Source: Ignavibacteria bacterium
GTDB taxonomy: Bacteria; Bacteroidota; Ignavibacteria; SZUA-365
Direction: 5' to 3'
DNA: 64,000 nucleotides
Assembly: GCA_002869275.1 (NCBI GenBank)
Contig: PKTF01000064.1
Span: 1,017 to 65,016 of the forward strand
The notes beneath the pieces were generated by a model. That model was given only the letters and a program-made list of their open reading frames with translations. It made no database searches and was not told the origin of the DNA. The position numbers and the translations under genes were made by a program. The first letter of the stretch is position 1, and each line of letters begins with the position of its first letter. Below are positions 38,416-48,417 of the stretch, piece by piece.

Positions 38416-38859
38416 TCACCGTTTCTGCACCAGCAGTTGCTGCTGCAGTTGAGTAGAGAGGGAGATGAAAAATGACGGGATATCGGGGGCGGTACATGAT
38501 TGCGGGACATTCACGAGCGATGGCGATGAAAAGATCGTACTCGCGATATGTGCCTTGTAGCGAATACTGGAGGTGTTTCCCTCGTCCGCCAGCCGATCTA
38601 CTTCTTCCGAGATCTGTTCCATCTCAAGATCGGGGTACACGAGGCGCATCCGCACTGCGAAATAGAGGCTTGATTCAACTACACCGTCGTTCTCGGATGA
38701 AAGTCCCAACAGGTAGTTCTTTTTTGCGGATTCCAGTTTGTCTGCGGTTGCGCTGCCGAGGATTGCATCCGGCAGCTGAGGCGCCCTATCAGATTGGGCT
38801 GCTATCGGGAGTGCGGCGGTCGCGAGGATGGCGACGATCAACAGTAGCTGCGTTTTCAT
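38416..38859 (-). CDS. hypothetical small secreted protein
   Basis: signal peptide MKTQLLLIVAILATAALPIAAQ; no recognisable motif. Confidence 0.45.
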   Translation of the reverse strand: MKTQLLLIVAILATAALPIAAQSDRAPQLPDAILGSATADKLESAKKNYLLGLSSENDGVVESSLYFAVRMRLVYPDLEMEQISEEVDRLADEGNTSSIRYKAHIASTIFSSPSLVNVPQSCTAPDIPSFFISLSTQLQQQLLVQKR

Positions 38860-38994
38860 TGTGAACCTCTTTCTTGCCGGTTTCTTGATGTAATCTGTAC
38901 TCAGCATAACCTACGAGCACACCGTCTCAGAGTTGTTTCAGTCTGGTCAAGAGTTGTCAAGAAATGTCACAGCGGGGCAGGGATGGTGTCGAAG

Positions 38995-40701
38995 TCACCG
39001 TATCGGGATAGTGATACCGTTTGTTTCCCATCTGGCACGGACCCTGATCGTGTCTCTCAGGATGCCGAACGGCTCTGGAGGCCGGAACGGGTTGGCGGTT
39101 CCCGGGAAAAACCTTCCATTGTTGTCATTGTCCTGGTACGCATCGAGAATATACGATCCTTCCGGGACCCTGATGAATTGGAATGTCCGCGTGGCATCCG
39201 CAGCTGCTTCCATCGACACATCGGTTTTTCCGGTCCCCTGCAAGCGTATCCTGACCGTGGCGCTGCTGTCTTCACTCGTAACGGTGCCGGAGACAGTGCC
39301 GAAACGGTCTTGAAGTCCCGTGGTGAATGAAATGCATTCTGTGCTGTCACCCGTGGAGATTCCAGAAACAGTATCCCGAAGACTGGTAAGGTCGAGACAC
39401 AACGTGTATACAGCTTCATCCTGCAGGAGGGAGTGTTCGATGCGAAGCTCATCGGCGGAGCTCCAGTGGAGGTCAACAGGCACGGCATTGCCGCTGGAAT
39501 CAGTCAGCTGAACTGAACAGCCGGGAGACATCGGAGAGTCGAACACCACCCAGAAACTGCTGTCCGGGGGGACTGTTCGGGCCCGGTTCGTGGGGAAACG
39601 ACGCAGCAGTGTCGGAGCGGTGGTATCGGGAATTGCGCTTCCGGGAAAAACAAGGCCGCTGTCAGGCAGAAGGATCATGTTGAAATCACCGTCACGAAGC
39701 GAATCAAGCTCGAGGCTGTAAGGCCCGCCCGAGAGCTCAGTCTGAGTATACAGGTCCCATGCATATCGTTCGCCCGGAGGGGCGAGTGCTGCGATCACCG
39801 GTACATCTGTCACGGTCATTGTGTCACGTATGCGAAGCCATGTAAGCGGCAGGGGCTGCGGGTACAGAGTTTCATTGAATTTCACACGGACAGTGCGTGC
39901 TGAAAGTGCTTCGATGCGCTGCACTGATGGCCGGGTCGTGTCTTCCTTTGCAATGAGAAAGCGCAAATGCGCATCAGGTGAAAGGGAATCACCTGCCGTG
40001 ATATCCCTGTTCGGAATACCGATCTCTTCACTTTCGACGTTGTACTTCAGGTCATTGCTGCGATCACGAATCGCGAAGACCCGATAGTTTCCCGGAGCAA
40101 CATTGTAGAAGTGGAAGGAACCGTCATCACCAGTTTGCACGGCATAGTCGGGCCGATCCGTTGAGGGATCGAGCGTGTCCGCAATTTCGGGTGTGAGGAG
40201 ATACGCGAGAATGGTAATGCCGGAAGGTTTTTCATCAAGGACGAGACCGCTGAAACGACCGGTATCGAGACTGTCGCCCGTGGAAAACGCCAGGTGGAAC
40301 GTGCCCAGCATGGGGTTTCCGGCGTGCTGGTCTTTCACCTTGGTTCCAACTGTGATGACATACGTTCTGTCCGCCAGCAGCGTGTCGGGGAAGACGATGG
40401 TCACTTCCTTTCCGGACCATTCGTACTCAGGCTGTTCTTCGGGCAAGGGCGAGATATGAACAGCATCAACGAAACTCTGCCGTTGGACGTATTCGTTGAA
40501 GCGCAGCGACACTTCGCCACCATCGAAACGAACAGTCTCGTTCGCAGGGTAGGTCTCTTCGATGAACGGTGCCTCGGTGTCCGGCGGACCGCCTTCCGGC
40601 GGACGCTGAGACGCGCAGGCGCTCAGAAACGCAACGCCAAGCAGCAGCATAAGCAGCCTCATGCGCGTGACGTGGTCTTCTCTGCTGCAAATCTGTTTCA
40701 T
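38995..40701 (-). CDS. hypothetical beta-rich lipoprotein (Ig-like/beta-sandwich repeats likely)
   Basis: lipobox (MRLLMLLLGVAFLSAC); start at ATG 40701 or 40662, directly after mltG; long Thr/Ser/Gly-rich beta-strand composition. Confidence 0.5.
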   Translation of the reverse strand: MKQICSREDHVTRMRLLMLLLGVAFLSACASQRPPEGGPPDTEAPFIEETYPANETVRFDGGEVSLRFNEYVQRQSFVDAVHISPLPEEQPEYEWSGKEVTIVFPDTLLADRTYVITVGTKVKDQHAGNPMLGTFHLAFSTGDSLDTGRFSGLVLDEKPSGITILAYLLTPEIADTLDPSTDRPDYAVQTGDDGSFHFYNVAPGNYRVFAIRDRSNDLKYNVESEEIGIPNRDITAGDSLSPDAHLRFLIAKEDTTRPSVQRIEALSARTVRVKFNETLYPQPLPLTWLRIRDTMTVTDVPVIAALAPPGERYAWDLYTQTELSGGPYSLELDSLRDGDFNMILLPDSGLVFPGSAIPDTTAPTLLRRFPTNRARTVPPDSSFWVVFDSPMSPGCSVQLTDSSGNAVPVDLHWSSADELRIEHSLLQDEAVYTLCLDLTSLRDTVSGISTGDSTECISFTTGLQDRFGTVSGTVTSEDSSATVRIRLQGTGKTDVSMEAAADATRTFQFIRVPEGSYILDAYQDNDNNGRFFPGTANPFRPPEPFGILRDTIRVRARWETNGITIPIR

Positions 40702-40702
40702 G

Positions 40703-41707
40703 TTACCTGCGTTGCCGTCTCTGAATTTTCCTGTATGCCGCAACTGCTTGCTGGTGCTCGTCCAGCGTTCGCGAGAAACGATGGCCGCCAGTGCCGTCGG
40801 CAACAAAATAGTAATAATCGTGGGACTCGGGGAATAGTGCCGCGATGATACTGGCTGTACCTGGATTGTTGACCGGCCCCGGTGGCAGTCCGGCATACAT
40901 GTACGTGTTGTACCGCGAGTTGATCGACAGGTCGCGATACAGCAACCGGCGCGGTCCGTCAGGAATGATGTACTGCACAGTGGGGTCAGCCTGCAGCAGC
41001 ATCCCGCGGCGCAGCCGGTTGTAGTACACCCCGGCGACACGTGCGCGTTCTGAGGCCAGGCGCGTCTCGCCTTCGACCAGGGAGGCCATGGTCAGGATTT
41101 CATGCATTGATCGTCGCATGCTTTCCATTCTGCGTCGCCGTTCCGGGGTGAACACATTGAGAACATCCTGCACAAGCCGGGTGAGAAACATGCGTTCCGT
41201 GTCGTCATACCGTATGCGGTATGTTTCCGGCAGCAGGTAGCCATCGAGTGTTGGGATGTCGAGTCCAAGGGAGGCAATGAATGAACGATCACGCATCAGA
41301 TCGAGGAGCGTATCCTCATCGAACGAGCACTGCTCTGCCACCTCGCGTGCGATTGTTTTCAGCATCAGGCCTTCCCGCACGGTGACTTCGACGTAGGCCT
41401 GGTGACTGCCTTCTGATAGGATACTGAGGACGTCGAGCACATTCATTGCAGGAGGGAAGCGGTACAGGCCACTTTGAAGATGTGCATCGTTGCCGGTGAG
41501 TTTCGCCATGATCAGAAACACCGTCTCGCTGCTGATAATATCACGATCCTCGAGGATGGAGGCGATTCCGCGCAGGGATGTGCCCGGTGGTACCTCGACA
41601 GGACGCTCATTGTCGTGGGTGACCGGCTGATAAACAAGGTACAGCAATCCGGCGCCGGCGACGACCAGCACAAGGGCAACGATGAGTATGATGTTACGAA
41701 GCGTCAT
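40703..41707 (-). CDS. mltG: endolytic murein transglycosylase (YceG family)
   Basis: N-terminal TM, YceG signature (LVEGE...GLPPGPVNNPG). Confidence 0.8.
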   Translation of the reverse strand: MTLRNIILIVALVLVVAGAGLLYLVYQPVTHDNERPVEVPPGTSLRGIASILEDRDIISSETVFLIMAKLTGNDAHLQSGLYRFPPAMNVLDVLSILSEGSHQAYVEVTVREGLMLKTIAREVAEQCSFDEDTLLDLMRDRSFIASLGLDIPTLDGYLLPETYRIRYDDTERMFLTRLVQDVLNVFTPERRRRMESMRRSMHEILTMASLVEGETRLASERARVAGVYYNRLRRGMLLQADPTVQYIIPDGPRRLLYRDLSINSRYNTYMYAGLPPGPVNNPGTASIIAALFPESHDYYYFVADGTGGHRFSRTLDEHQQAVAAYRKIQRRQRR

Positions 41708-42722
41708 GGAAAAAAGTATCGCCGATTCGTGCAAATGCCGGCGCGATGAGGTTAGATGGATCTGCAGGAAGCCCTTTCAGGTCGGCCAGACGGGCGACCA
41801 TGGCTGCGTTGTCGGTGGAAAAACGCAGATCAGGGATGAATACCCGGTGACCGCTGACCGCTGATCGGGCCCGGAGTGCCGCACCGAGACCGGTGTTTGC
41901 CGAAACTCCACCCACGACGGCGATATCCTGCAGCTGGAATTGCTCCACCGCACGCATCACTTTGGCAACGAGGACATCAACAGCCGCCTGCTGAAAACCG
42001 GCACAGATATCATCGATATCTGATTCTGACAGATCGAGAATGCCGTCGACCGCGCGGTCTCGCAGATGGTAGAGCACCGATGTTTTCAGTCCGGAAAAAC
42101 TGAATCGATAGTCCTTGCTGTCGATCATCGGACGGGCGAATGCAATAGCCGTGGGGTTGCCTCGCTGTGCCCGCTGATCAATCACTGGCCCGCCAGGATA
42201 GCCGAGTCCAAGCATTTTCGCGACCTTGTCGAACGCTTCTCCGACCGCGTCGTCAATGGTAGATCCGAGAAACTCATACTCTCCGACACCATGTACCACG
42301 ATGAGGAGTGTATGTCCACCCGACACCACGAGCCCAAGGTACGGGAATTCAGGGTGCGGCTCGTCGAGGAAGGTCGAGAACAGATGTGCTTCTATATGGT
42401 GGATCGGGATGAAGGGAATGCCACTGCCCAGTGCAAAGCCTTTTCCGACATTCAGTCCCACGAGCAGCGATCCTATCAGGCCGGGTCCCTGTGTGCCGGC
42501 CACGGCGTCGATATCGCCGGTGGTGATACCAGCTTCCTCGAGAGCCCGCCTGATAATCGGAAGCACCGCCTGCAGATGGGCACGGGAGGCGAGTTCAGGT
42601 ACGACACCGCCGTAGGCGCTGTGGAAATGTTGTGAGGAAATGACGTTCGAGAGCAGAACCCCGTCGCGTACGACGGCTGCTGATGTCTCATCACAGGAAC
42701 TTTCGATGCCGAGTATCGTCAT
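41694..42722 (-). CDS. tsaD: tRNA N6-adenosine threonylcarbamoyltransferase
   Basis: Kae1/Gcp motifs (MTILGIESSCDETS, HIEAH, GGVSAN); ATG at 42722. Confidence 0.9.
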   Translation of the reverse strand: MTILGIESSCDETSAAVVRDGVLLSNVISSQHFHSAYGGVVPELASRAHLQAVLPIIRRALEEAGITTGDIDAVAGTQGPGLIGSLLVGLNVGKGFALGSGIPFIPIHHIEAHLFSTFLDEPHPEFPYLGLVVSGGHTLLIVVHGVGEYEFLGSTIDDAVGEAFDKVAKMLGLGYPGGPVIDQRAQRGNPTAIAFARPMIDSKDYRFSFSGLKTSVLYHLRDRAVDGILDLSESDIDDICAGFQQAAVDVLVAKVMRAVEQFQLQDIAVVGGVSANTGLGAALRARSAVSGHRVFIPDLRFSTDNAAMVARLADLKGLPADPSNLIAPAFARIGDTFFHDAS

Positions 42723-42727
42723 GACAC

Positions 42728-44026
42728 TCAGCTCGTTTTGTAGTAATCGAGGGGGTTGGGGCGAAGGACGCATTCCTCGGCGATGCGGATACTCGAAGCG
42801 ATGTTTCCGGAAGTGCGCAATTCATAAAGATGCGGTACGATCTGGTCCCTGAGATCGTTGGGCTTCATCGGATTGATGAAGATGCTGGTGCCGCCTTCGA
42901 AGCCTGCTGGAGTATTGACCCGGAGTTTAATGAAAACGTGCCATGGTATCTTGAAAATGGAATCGAGGGGGGTATGATGCCATTCCTCATTGACGGACAC
43001 GTTGCCTCCGATGGCCGCATGTACGGCGCGCACGAGATCGCTCATGCCGCGTACCTCATCCTGCGTATGGTCTCCGGGACGGGCGTGTACCGAACGGGAA
43101 TAGATTTCGATGGTCGGGAAGCGGTGCCCGATTCCGACGTACGCAAGCGCATAATCGTTTTCCGCGAAAACAAGATTGTGGTGGGCGGCAAAATTCGGCC
43201 CGAATGCGTTATATACATTCTTATCCTGGATCACCATTTTGATCTGGCGTTCCATGGACTCACCCCATTCATCGATTGCGACGACCTGTGTATGCAGATG
43301 GTCGAATGTGGCGCCGGCGGGGGGCAGCCAGTTCTTGAACACGCTCAGTGACCGCACATAACGGTTGTTGGCCACGATATCGGCCATGGCCTCGATGATG
43401 AACATATAGTACTGGTAATGTTCTTCATCGCTCATATCGCCAGTCGAATAGAGGCCCTCGACGTCCATCGCGTCTGCCGTAAAATGCGGTTGTGCGATGA
43501 TCATCTCATGTCCACCGCCGAAAAACGCATCCGCCATGACGAAACGGTTTTCCAGAGATACCTGGCTGATTTCCTCATCGGATTTTCCGCTGCGGCGAAG
43601 TTTGTAATCGATGAGATCCATCACATGCTTCAGCCCGACAGGGTCCGCAAGGTAATCTTCCTTCCAGCGCAGGTTCAGAGCCGAGAGTTTGTAGTTGTAA
43701 TTTTTGCGCCAATAATCGACGGAAAGGATCTCGAAGAGGTTGGAGACCCGACGGAAGACCGGCACCATCTCGGTGAATGTCGACGGTGGGATGCGCTGGA
43801 GAGTATGGAACCTGCCGTCGTGAGAAATGACCCGCGCCTTTTCGGGCGCCGTTTCATACATGCGTCCATAACAGAACGCGCAATAATCTTCCCGCACCTG
43901 ATCTCCGATCGGGGCGGGTGCGACTTTGCTGAAATTATCTCCGAGCGGTTTGTTCCCTCGTCCCGGCACCGACCAGACCTCAACCCCGGTAAAAGGATTG
44001 ACCTGCTTGACCGTACCGTCAGCCAT
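42728..44026 (-). CDS. galactose-1-phosphate uridylyltransferase-like (GalT/HIT superfamily) nucleotidyltransferase
   Basis: CAFCYG zinc CxxC and HLHTQ (HxHxQ) nucleotidyl-histidine motif; ATG at 44026 preferred over the longest ORF. Confidence 0.6.
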   Translation of the reverse strand: MADGTVKQVNPFTGVEVWSVPGRGNKPLGDNFSKVAPAPIGDQVREDYCAFCYGRMYETAPEKARVISHDGRFHTLQRIPPSTFTEMVPVFRRVSNLFEILSVDYWRKNYNYKLSALNLRWKEDYLADPVGLKHVMDLIDYKLRRSGKSDEEISQVSLENRFVMADAFFGGGHEMIIAQPHFTADAMDVEGLYSTGDMSDEEHYQYYMFIIEAMADIVANNRYVRSLSVFKNWLPPAGATFDHLHTQVVAIDEWGESMERQIKMVIQDKNVYNAFGPNFAAHHNLVFAENDYALAYVGIGHRFPTIEIYSRSVHARPGDHTQDEVRGMSDLVRAVHAAIGGNVSVNEEWHHTPLDSIFKIPWHVFIKLRVNTPAGFEGGTSIFINPMKPNDLRDQIVPHLYELRTSGNIASSIRIAEECVLRPNPLDYYKTS

Positions 44027-44150
44027 CGTATGGTAATAGAAGTGATATTCCAAACCGCAACCCGTTTCGACGGTGATGGGGAACGATGTCTGATACGCAC
44101 ATGCGGTACGCGGGCCGCAGTGCAACTCCCAAAATCAAGGGGAGAGAAAC

Positions 44151-44342
44151 TTACGAATCGTCAGAGGTTCTCTTTGCGCGCCGAACGGCCTTCTGCTTTT
44201 TCATCCGCTTCTTGACGGACGGCTTGGTGTAGTAGGTGCGCTTCTTGAATTCCTTCAGAATACCGGAACGCTCGTATTTTTTCTTGAAGCGCTTGATAGC
44301 GCGGTCAATGGGTTCATTCTCCTGAACAATAATCCCGATCAA
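44151..44342 (-). CDS. rpsU: 30S ribosomal protein bS21
   Basis: IGIIVQENEPIDRAIKRFKKK... typical S21 sequence; TTG start. Confidence 0.85.
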   Translation of the reverse strand: MIGIIVQENEPIDRAIKRFKKKYERSGILKEFKKRTYYTKPSVKKRMKKQKAVRRAKRTSDDS

Positions 44343-44530
44343 GTAGGTCTCCTTAGAATAACTGGTTGTAGTTCAATCAATTACAATTCAGATTTACAAA
44401 ATAACAAGAGCTGATTTCGAAGTCAAGCTGAATTTTACACATGTTGAGTCTGTGGGGAAGGCGAAAGTGAAATGGATTTGAAGATGGGAGTATCGTATAT
44501 TGCCAACATGTTTGAACCCGGAGGCTCGTG

Positions 44531-44932
44531 ATGCTGGTAAAACGTTTTGGTGTCTCTCTCGAATCAGATCTTTTGGAAGCCCTCGATAACCTGGTGGATA
44601 GAAAAAGTCTGCCGAATCGTTCGCAGGCGATCCGTTATCTGATTCGCAGAAATGTCGTCGAGCGCAAGTGGGATGACAATGCTGAGGTCGCGGGAAGCAT
44701 TGTGCTGGTGTACCACCACGACAAGCGCGATCACCTCATAAAAACCATCCAGTCCACCGCCGGTAATCTCAACCTTGTACTCTCATTGCAGCACGTGCAC
44801 CTCAATGGCGGCGTGTGCATGGAGACCATTGCCGTGCGTGGAAATGCAAAGCAGTTGCAGGACATGGCCGACGAACTGATTGCCATCAAGGGAATGCTCC
44901 ATGGCGAACTGGTCATGGCGGCGATGGAGTAG
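44531..44932 (+). CDS. nikR: nickel-responsive transcriptional regulator NikR
   Basis: N-terminal ribbon-helix-helix (RFGVSLESDLLEALD...NRSQAIRYLIR) and C-terminal metal-binding domain with H-x-H and HxH..C ligands; ATG at 44531 after GGAGGC. Confidence 0.75.
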   Translation: MLVKRFGVSLESDLLEALDNLVDRKSLPNRSQAIRYLIRRNVVERKWDDNAEVAGSIVLVYHHDKRDHLIKTIQSTAGNLNLVLSLQHVHLNGGVCMETIAVRGNAKQLQDMADELIAIKGMLHGELVMAAME

Positions 44933-44960
44933 AACAGCGCAGCATTTCACTCAACATGAG

Positions 44961-44998
44961 TGCGGGCAAGAACAAGCCGATGAGGCTTATTCTTGCCC
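44961..44998. terminator. bidirectional terminator between nikR and the PLP enzyme gene
   Basis: 11-bp stem GCGGGCAAGAA/TTCTTGCCCGC followed by TTTCAATTTAT. Confidence 0.45.
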
Positions 44999-45034
44999 GC
45001 TTTCAATTTATCTCCGATTACGACTGCATCGAAA

Positions 45035-46282
45035 TCAGCATAGTTCGAGCGCGTGCTCGAGATCCGCGATGATTTCATCAACGTCTTCGATACCGACGGC
45101 AATACGCACGAGGCCGTCGGAGATGTTTGCCTGTTCGCGCTGTTCCTTGCCCATGCTGGCGTGTGTCATAGAAGCTGGATGCTGAATCAGTGATTCCACA
45201 CCGCCGAGACTGACGGCAAGGGTAAAGAGGTGGACGTTGTCCATTAGGTTCTTGCCGGCTTCCAATCCGCCCCTCAGCCCGATCGAGATCATCGATCCGA
45301 AGCCCGAGCTCTGCTTCCTGCCGATCTCAAACTGCGGGTGAGATGGCAGGCCCGGATAGCGCACCCATTCGACTTTATCATGGCCTTCGAGATACTCGGC
45401 GACTCGCATCGCGTTCTCCGAAGAGCGCTGCATGCGCAATGGAAGGGTCTTGAGTCCACGGTGCACCAGGAAGGAGTTGAAAGGATCGATAACACCGCCG
45501 ATCTGGTTGAGCGTTTTACGGAAAAGCGGGTATCTCTCCTCATCTTTGACCACGATGATACCCCCCACGACATCGGCGTGACCGTTAAGGGATTTCGTGA
45601 GACTGTGCACAACGACATCGGCGCCGTGTTCGAAGGGACGCAGGAACACGGGCCCCATGAATGTATTGTCCACGACGAGGTCGGCCTTGGCCTCATGTGC
45701 GATCTCTGCGATTGCAGCGAGATCACTGATGACCAGTGTCGGATTCCCCGGTGTCTCGACGTACACAACCTTGGTGTTGGGCTGCATGGCATTGCGTACG
45801 GCTTCGAGGTCCGATGTATCGACCATGGTGGATTCGACACCGAATTTGCTCAGCACGGTTTTGAGCAGAGTGGCAGTCGGCCCGTAGACCGACTCGCTGG
45901 CAACAATATGGTCGCCGGACTCAACCATCGCAGCGAAGGCCGAGTGAATCGCGGCCATGCCGCTTCCGCAGCCAAGCGCCTTCGCACCGCCTTCGAGCAC
46001 GGCGACGGCATCTTCCATGGCCTCAACGGTCGGATTTCGCATTCGTGTGTAAATGTAACCGTCCTGCCTTCCGGCGAAAAGATCGGCGCCGTGATTGACG
46101 TTTTCGAATTTAAACGTTGACGTCTGATAAATGGGGGGGACGACAGCACCGTGTTCGTTGTCGGTGATACCGGCGTGTACGGCCTGTGTCGTGATCGCTT
46201 TACTGCGAATGTCTTTCACAAGAACCTCCAGGTTTCTTTCCCCTGAAAAGAGGGAGATGAAATTGTGCATCGGCAGCACCAT
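45035..46282 (-). CDS. PLP-dependent Cys/Met-metabolism enzyme, methionine gamma-lyase-like
   Basis: YTRMRNPT, PLP-lysine region SLTKSLNGHADVVGG. Confidence 0.75.
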   Translation of the reverse strand: MVLPMHNFISLFSGERNLEVLVKDIRSKAITTQAVHAGITDNEHGAVVPPIYQTSTFKFENVNHGADLFAGRQDGYIYTRMRNPTVEAMEDAVAVLEGGAKALGCGSGMAAIHSAFAAMVESGDHIVASESVYGPTATLLKTVLSKFGVESTMVDTSDLEAVRNAMQPNTKVVYVETPGNPTLVISDLAAIAEIAHEAKADLVVDNTFMGPVFLRPFEHGADVVVHSLTKSLNGHADVVGGIIVVKDEERYPLFRKTLNQIGGVIDPFNSFLVHRGLKTLPLRMQRSSENAMRVAEYLEGHDKVEWVRYPGLPSHPQFEIGRKQSSGFGSMISIGLRGGLEAGKNLMDNVHLFTLAVSLGGVESLIQHPASMTHASMGKEQREQANISDGLVRIAVGIEDVDEIIADLEHALELC

Positions 46283-46308
46283 ACGAACGCATGTCGCTGC
46301 CGGACTCG

Positions 46309-48417
46309 TTAATCAAGAAAAATCCAGTCGACACCGAAACGCAGGGCCCGGTCATACATTGGATAGAATCCTGCCGTGATGTATTCGGTATCGAGGACGT
46401 TATGCATGCTGACGTGTAGTGTCGCACGCTCTTTTATCGTTGCAAAAAGAAATAGATCGAAACGCATCATGTCGGTATAGGAAACCAATCCGGGATCGAG
46501 GTCTTTCGGCAGAGTGAAAATCCCGGCTTCAGGATGGTATGTAAGCGGCAGATAATCGGTTGCAGCAGTGAAACGCCCGCCGACCTTCAGATTCAATGTC
46601 CCTTCGATGAGCATCCCCTTGTAGTACAATTCCGCCCTGTATTGATGTGCCGGGACGGTACGAAGTCCGAGTGTGGGATGATCACTGTCGTGCTGAGTCC
46701 ATGTATAATCCTGATCCAGATGCAGATCCCACAGGGTGGCGGACAGCGAAGCACTTCCGCCATAGACCGTCACGGCAGCGCCATCGGGTATTGCCGATAC
46801 GAAAAACGTGTACCTGCCGGGAATACTGTCGTAGTACGCCGCAGTCTGCAGAACCTGATACCGCTCCTCGTAGCGCAGGAAACCGTGCATTCCGGCTGAT
46901 AGAGAAGGTGAAGTCCATCGCATGCCGCCCTCCGCCACTGTGATCTTGTCCAGATCCGGCGTCCGGTCGCCCGATATATCAAGGAGCCGCGGTTCATACA
47001 TGGTTTCCAGCAAGGTGCGCAGCCTCGGAGAAAATGAGAATCCACCCCACAGGCTGAAAGGTCCGACGGGAAGCTCGACACCCGCACCGAAACTGATGCC
47101 GCTCTGTTCGAAGCGATGTTCCAGAGATGCGAATCCCGACAGTGTCGCGGGACCGAGCATCAGGTCGAGTCGGCCTTTCGCGGCAGCGAGAATTCCTGCT
47201 TCATCCAGGGCTCCATCGCCCTTGGCCGCCGTGTACCTCCCCAGCTGTCCTTCGATGAGAAGGTTCGCCCAGGAAAGTGTTGTGCGGTGCGATAGTCTTG
47301 CCTGCAGCTGTGACCATTCATCGGTCAGATTGAACCACGGAATCGCGAGGCTGTCCGCCCACAAACGCTGAAGATTGTCACGGAAACGCCGTACATCGGA
47401 GGTCGCATTGATCTGCAGGCGAGTAGCCTGCGAGGAGTCAGCGGTCCATTGCATCAGCAGTTCCACAGTGGCATCATATCGTTGCCGAAGAGTTTCCATG
47501 CTTTCGTTAAGCAGGAATGCCGCCTTGGGATCGAACGCCTCCCCGGCAAATGGTCCGATGGACTCGTCTTCATACGTGAGGGGAGTAGTTGTATGCGGCG
47601 TAAATGTCCCGAGAATTCCGCCATTGAGCATGGTGAAATGATCGTGATAGCGGACAGTCGTATTCAGGCGAAGCAGTTCTGTCAGCTGGTTCCGGTAGCT
47701 GCCGCGGAGGTTCCACGACTCATAACGGTTGTTCGGGAAACGCGCGGCGTTGTTACTGCTGGCACTTCCTATGACCGTTCTCGTACCTGCGATATAGAGG
47801 TTGCTCGTCTCGGAAAGATTGAGCGTGAACATTCCGTCAGTGAATAGATACTCGTTCGAAGCCTCTGTATGACGCATTCTCGTGATGGGCCTGGGTGCAT
47901 TCCACTCCATCTGCTCTACATCAGCGGCGTACACGTCTCCGGATTGGCCGTACCAGAAAGACTGATACTGGGGATACACGTTGATCCTCTGTACATCTTC
48001 AGTGGAATGGAGATAGCTTTGCATCATGCCCGAAATGAGGTCGTCATGAGCCAGCCCTCCAACCGTGATACTCGTCTGCGCGGGTTGCGCTCCATATGCA
48101 CGCAGCGTTACAGGTTGTCCGAAGTTTCCGAGTTCATGCAGGAATACTCCCGGCTGAACACGAAGAATCTCGGCGAGGTGATGGTACTCGAGCAGCCGAA
48201 TGTCTTCACGGGTCCAATCAGCGAGAGGAGCCATGCCCGGAGAGGGAATGGAATCCGCGATTCCCGCGGTGGTCAGTATGGAATCAATACTGACGGATGT
48301 ACTGTCTATTGAGATTGGCTGAATGGCCTCGGACGTTTCGGTACTGTCCGGAATCACCTGGGCAGCTGCATGTCCGGTGGAGAAGAGACACATCAACACG
48401 AGCAGGACCTGTTTCAT
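46309..48417 (-). CDS. TonB-dependent-receptor-like outer-membrane beta-barrel with plug-like N-terminal domain
   Basis: signal peptide from ATG 48417; plug-like LAEILRVQPGV...GQPVTLRAYGAQPAQTSITVGGLAHDD; ~600-aa barrel-like remainder; no clear TonB box. Confidence 0.55.
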   Translation of the reverse strand: MKQVLLVLMCLFSTGHAAAQVIPDSTETSEAIQPISIDSTSVSIDSILTTAGIADSIPSPGMAPLADWTREDIRLLEYHHLAEILRVQPGVFLHELGNFGQPVTLRAYGAQPAQTSITVGGLAHDDLISGMMQSYLHSTEDVQRINVYPQYQSFWYGQSGDVYAADVEQMEWNAPRPITRMRHTEASNEYLFTDGMFTLNLSETSNLYIAGTRTVIGSASSNNAARFPNNRYESWNLRGSYRNQLTELLRLNTTVRYHDHFTMLNGGILGTFTPHTTTPLTYEDESIGPFAGEAFDPKAAFLLNESMETLRQRYDATVELLMQWTADSSQATRLQINATSDVRRFRDNLQRLWADSLAIPWFNLTDEWSQLQARLSHRTTLSWANLLIEGQLGRYTAAKGDGALDEAGILAAAKGRLDLMLGPATLSGFASLEHRFEQSGISFGAGVELPVGPFSLWGGFSFSPRLRTLLETMYEPRLLDISGDRTPDLDKITVAEGGMRWTSPSLSAGMHGFLRYEERYQVLQTAAYYDSIPGRYTFFVSAIPDGAAVTVYGGSASLSATLWDLHLDQDYTWTQHDSDHPTLGLRTVPAHQYRAELYYKGMLIEGTLNLKVGGRFTAATDYLPLTYHPEAGIFTLPKDLDPGLVSYTDMMRFDLFLFATIKERATLHVSMHNVLDTEYITAGFYPMYDRALRFGVDWIFLD

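Noticed and set aside
46309-48417. Calling the large barrel a classical TonB-dependent siderophore or SusC transporter
   Set aside because: The plug-like region is present, but I could not find a TonB box or the SusC N-terminal extension, so the call is kept at 'TonB-dependent-receptor-like'.
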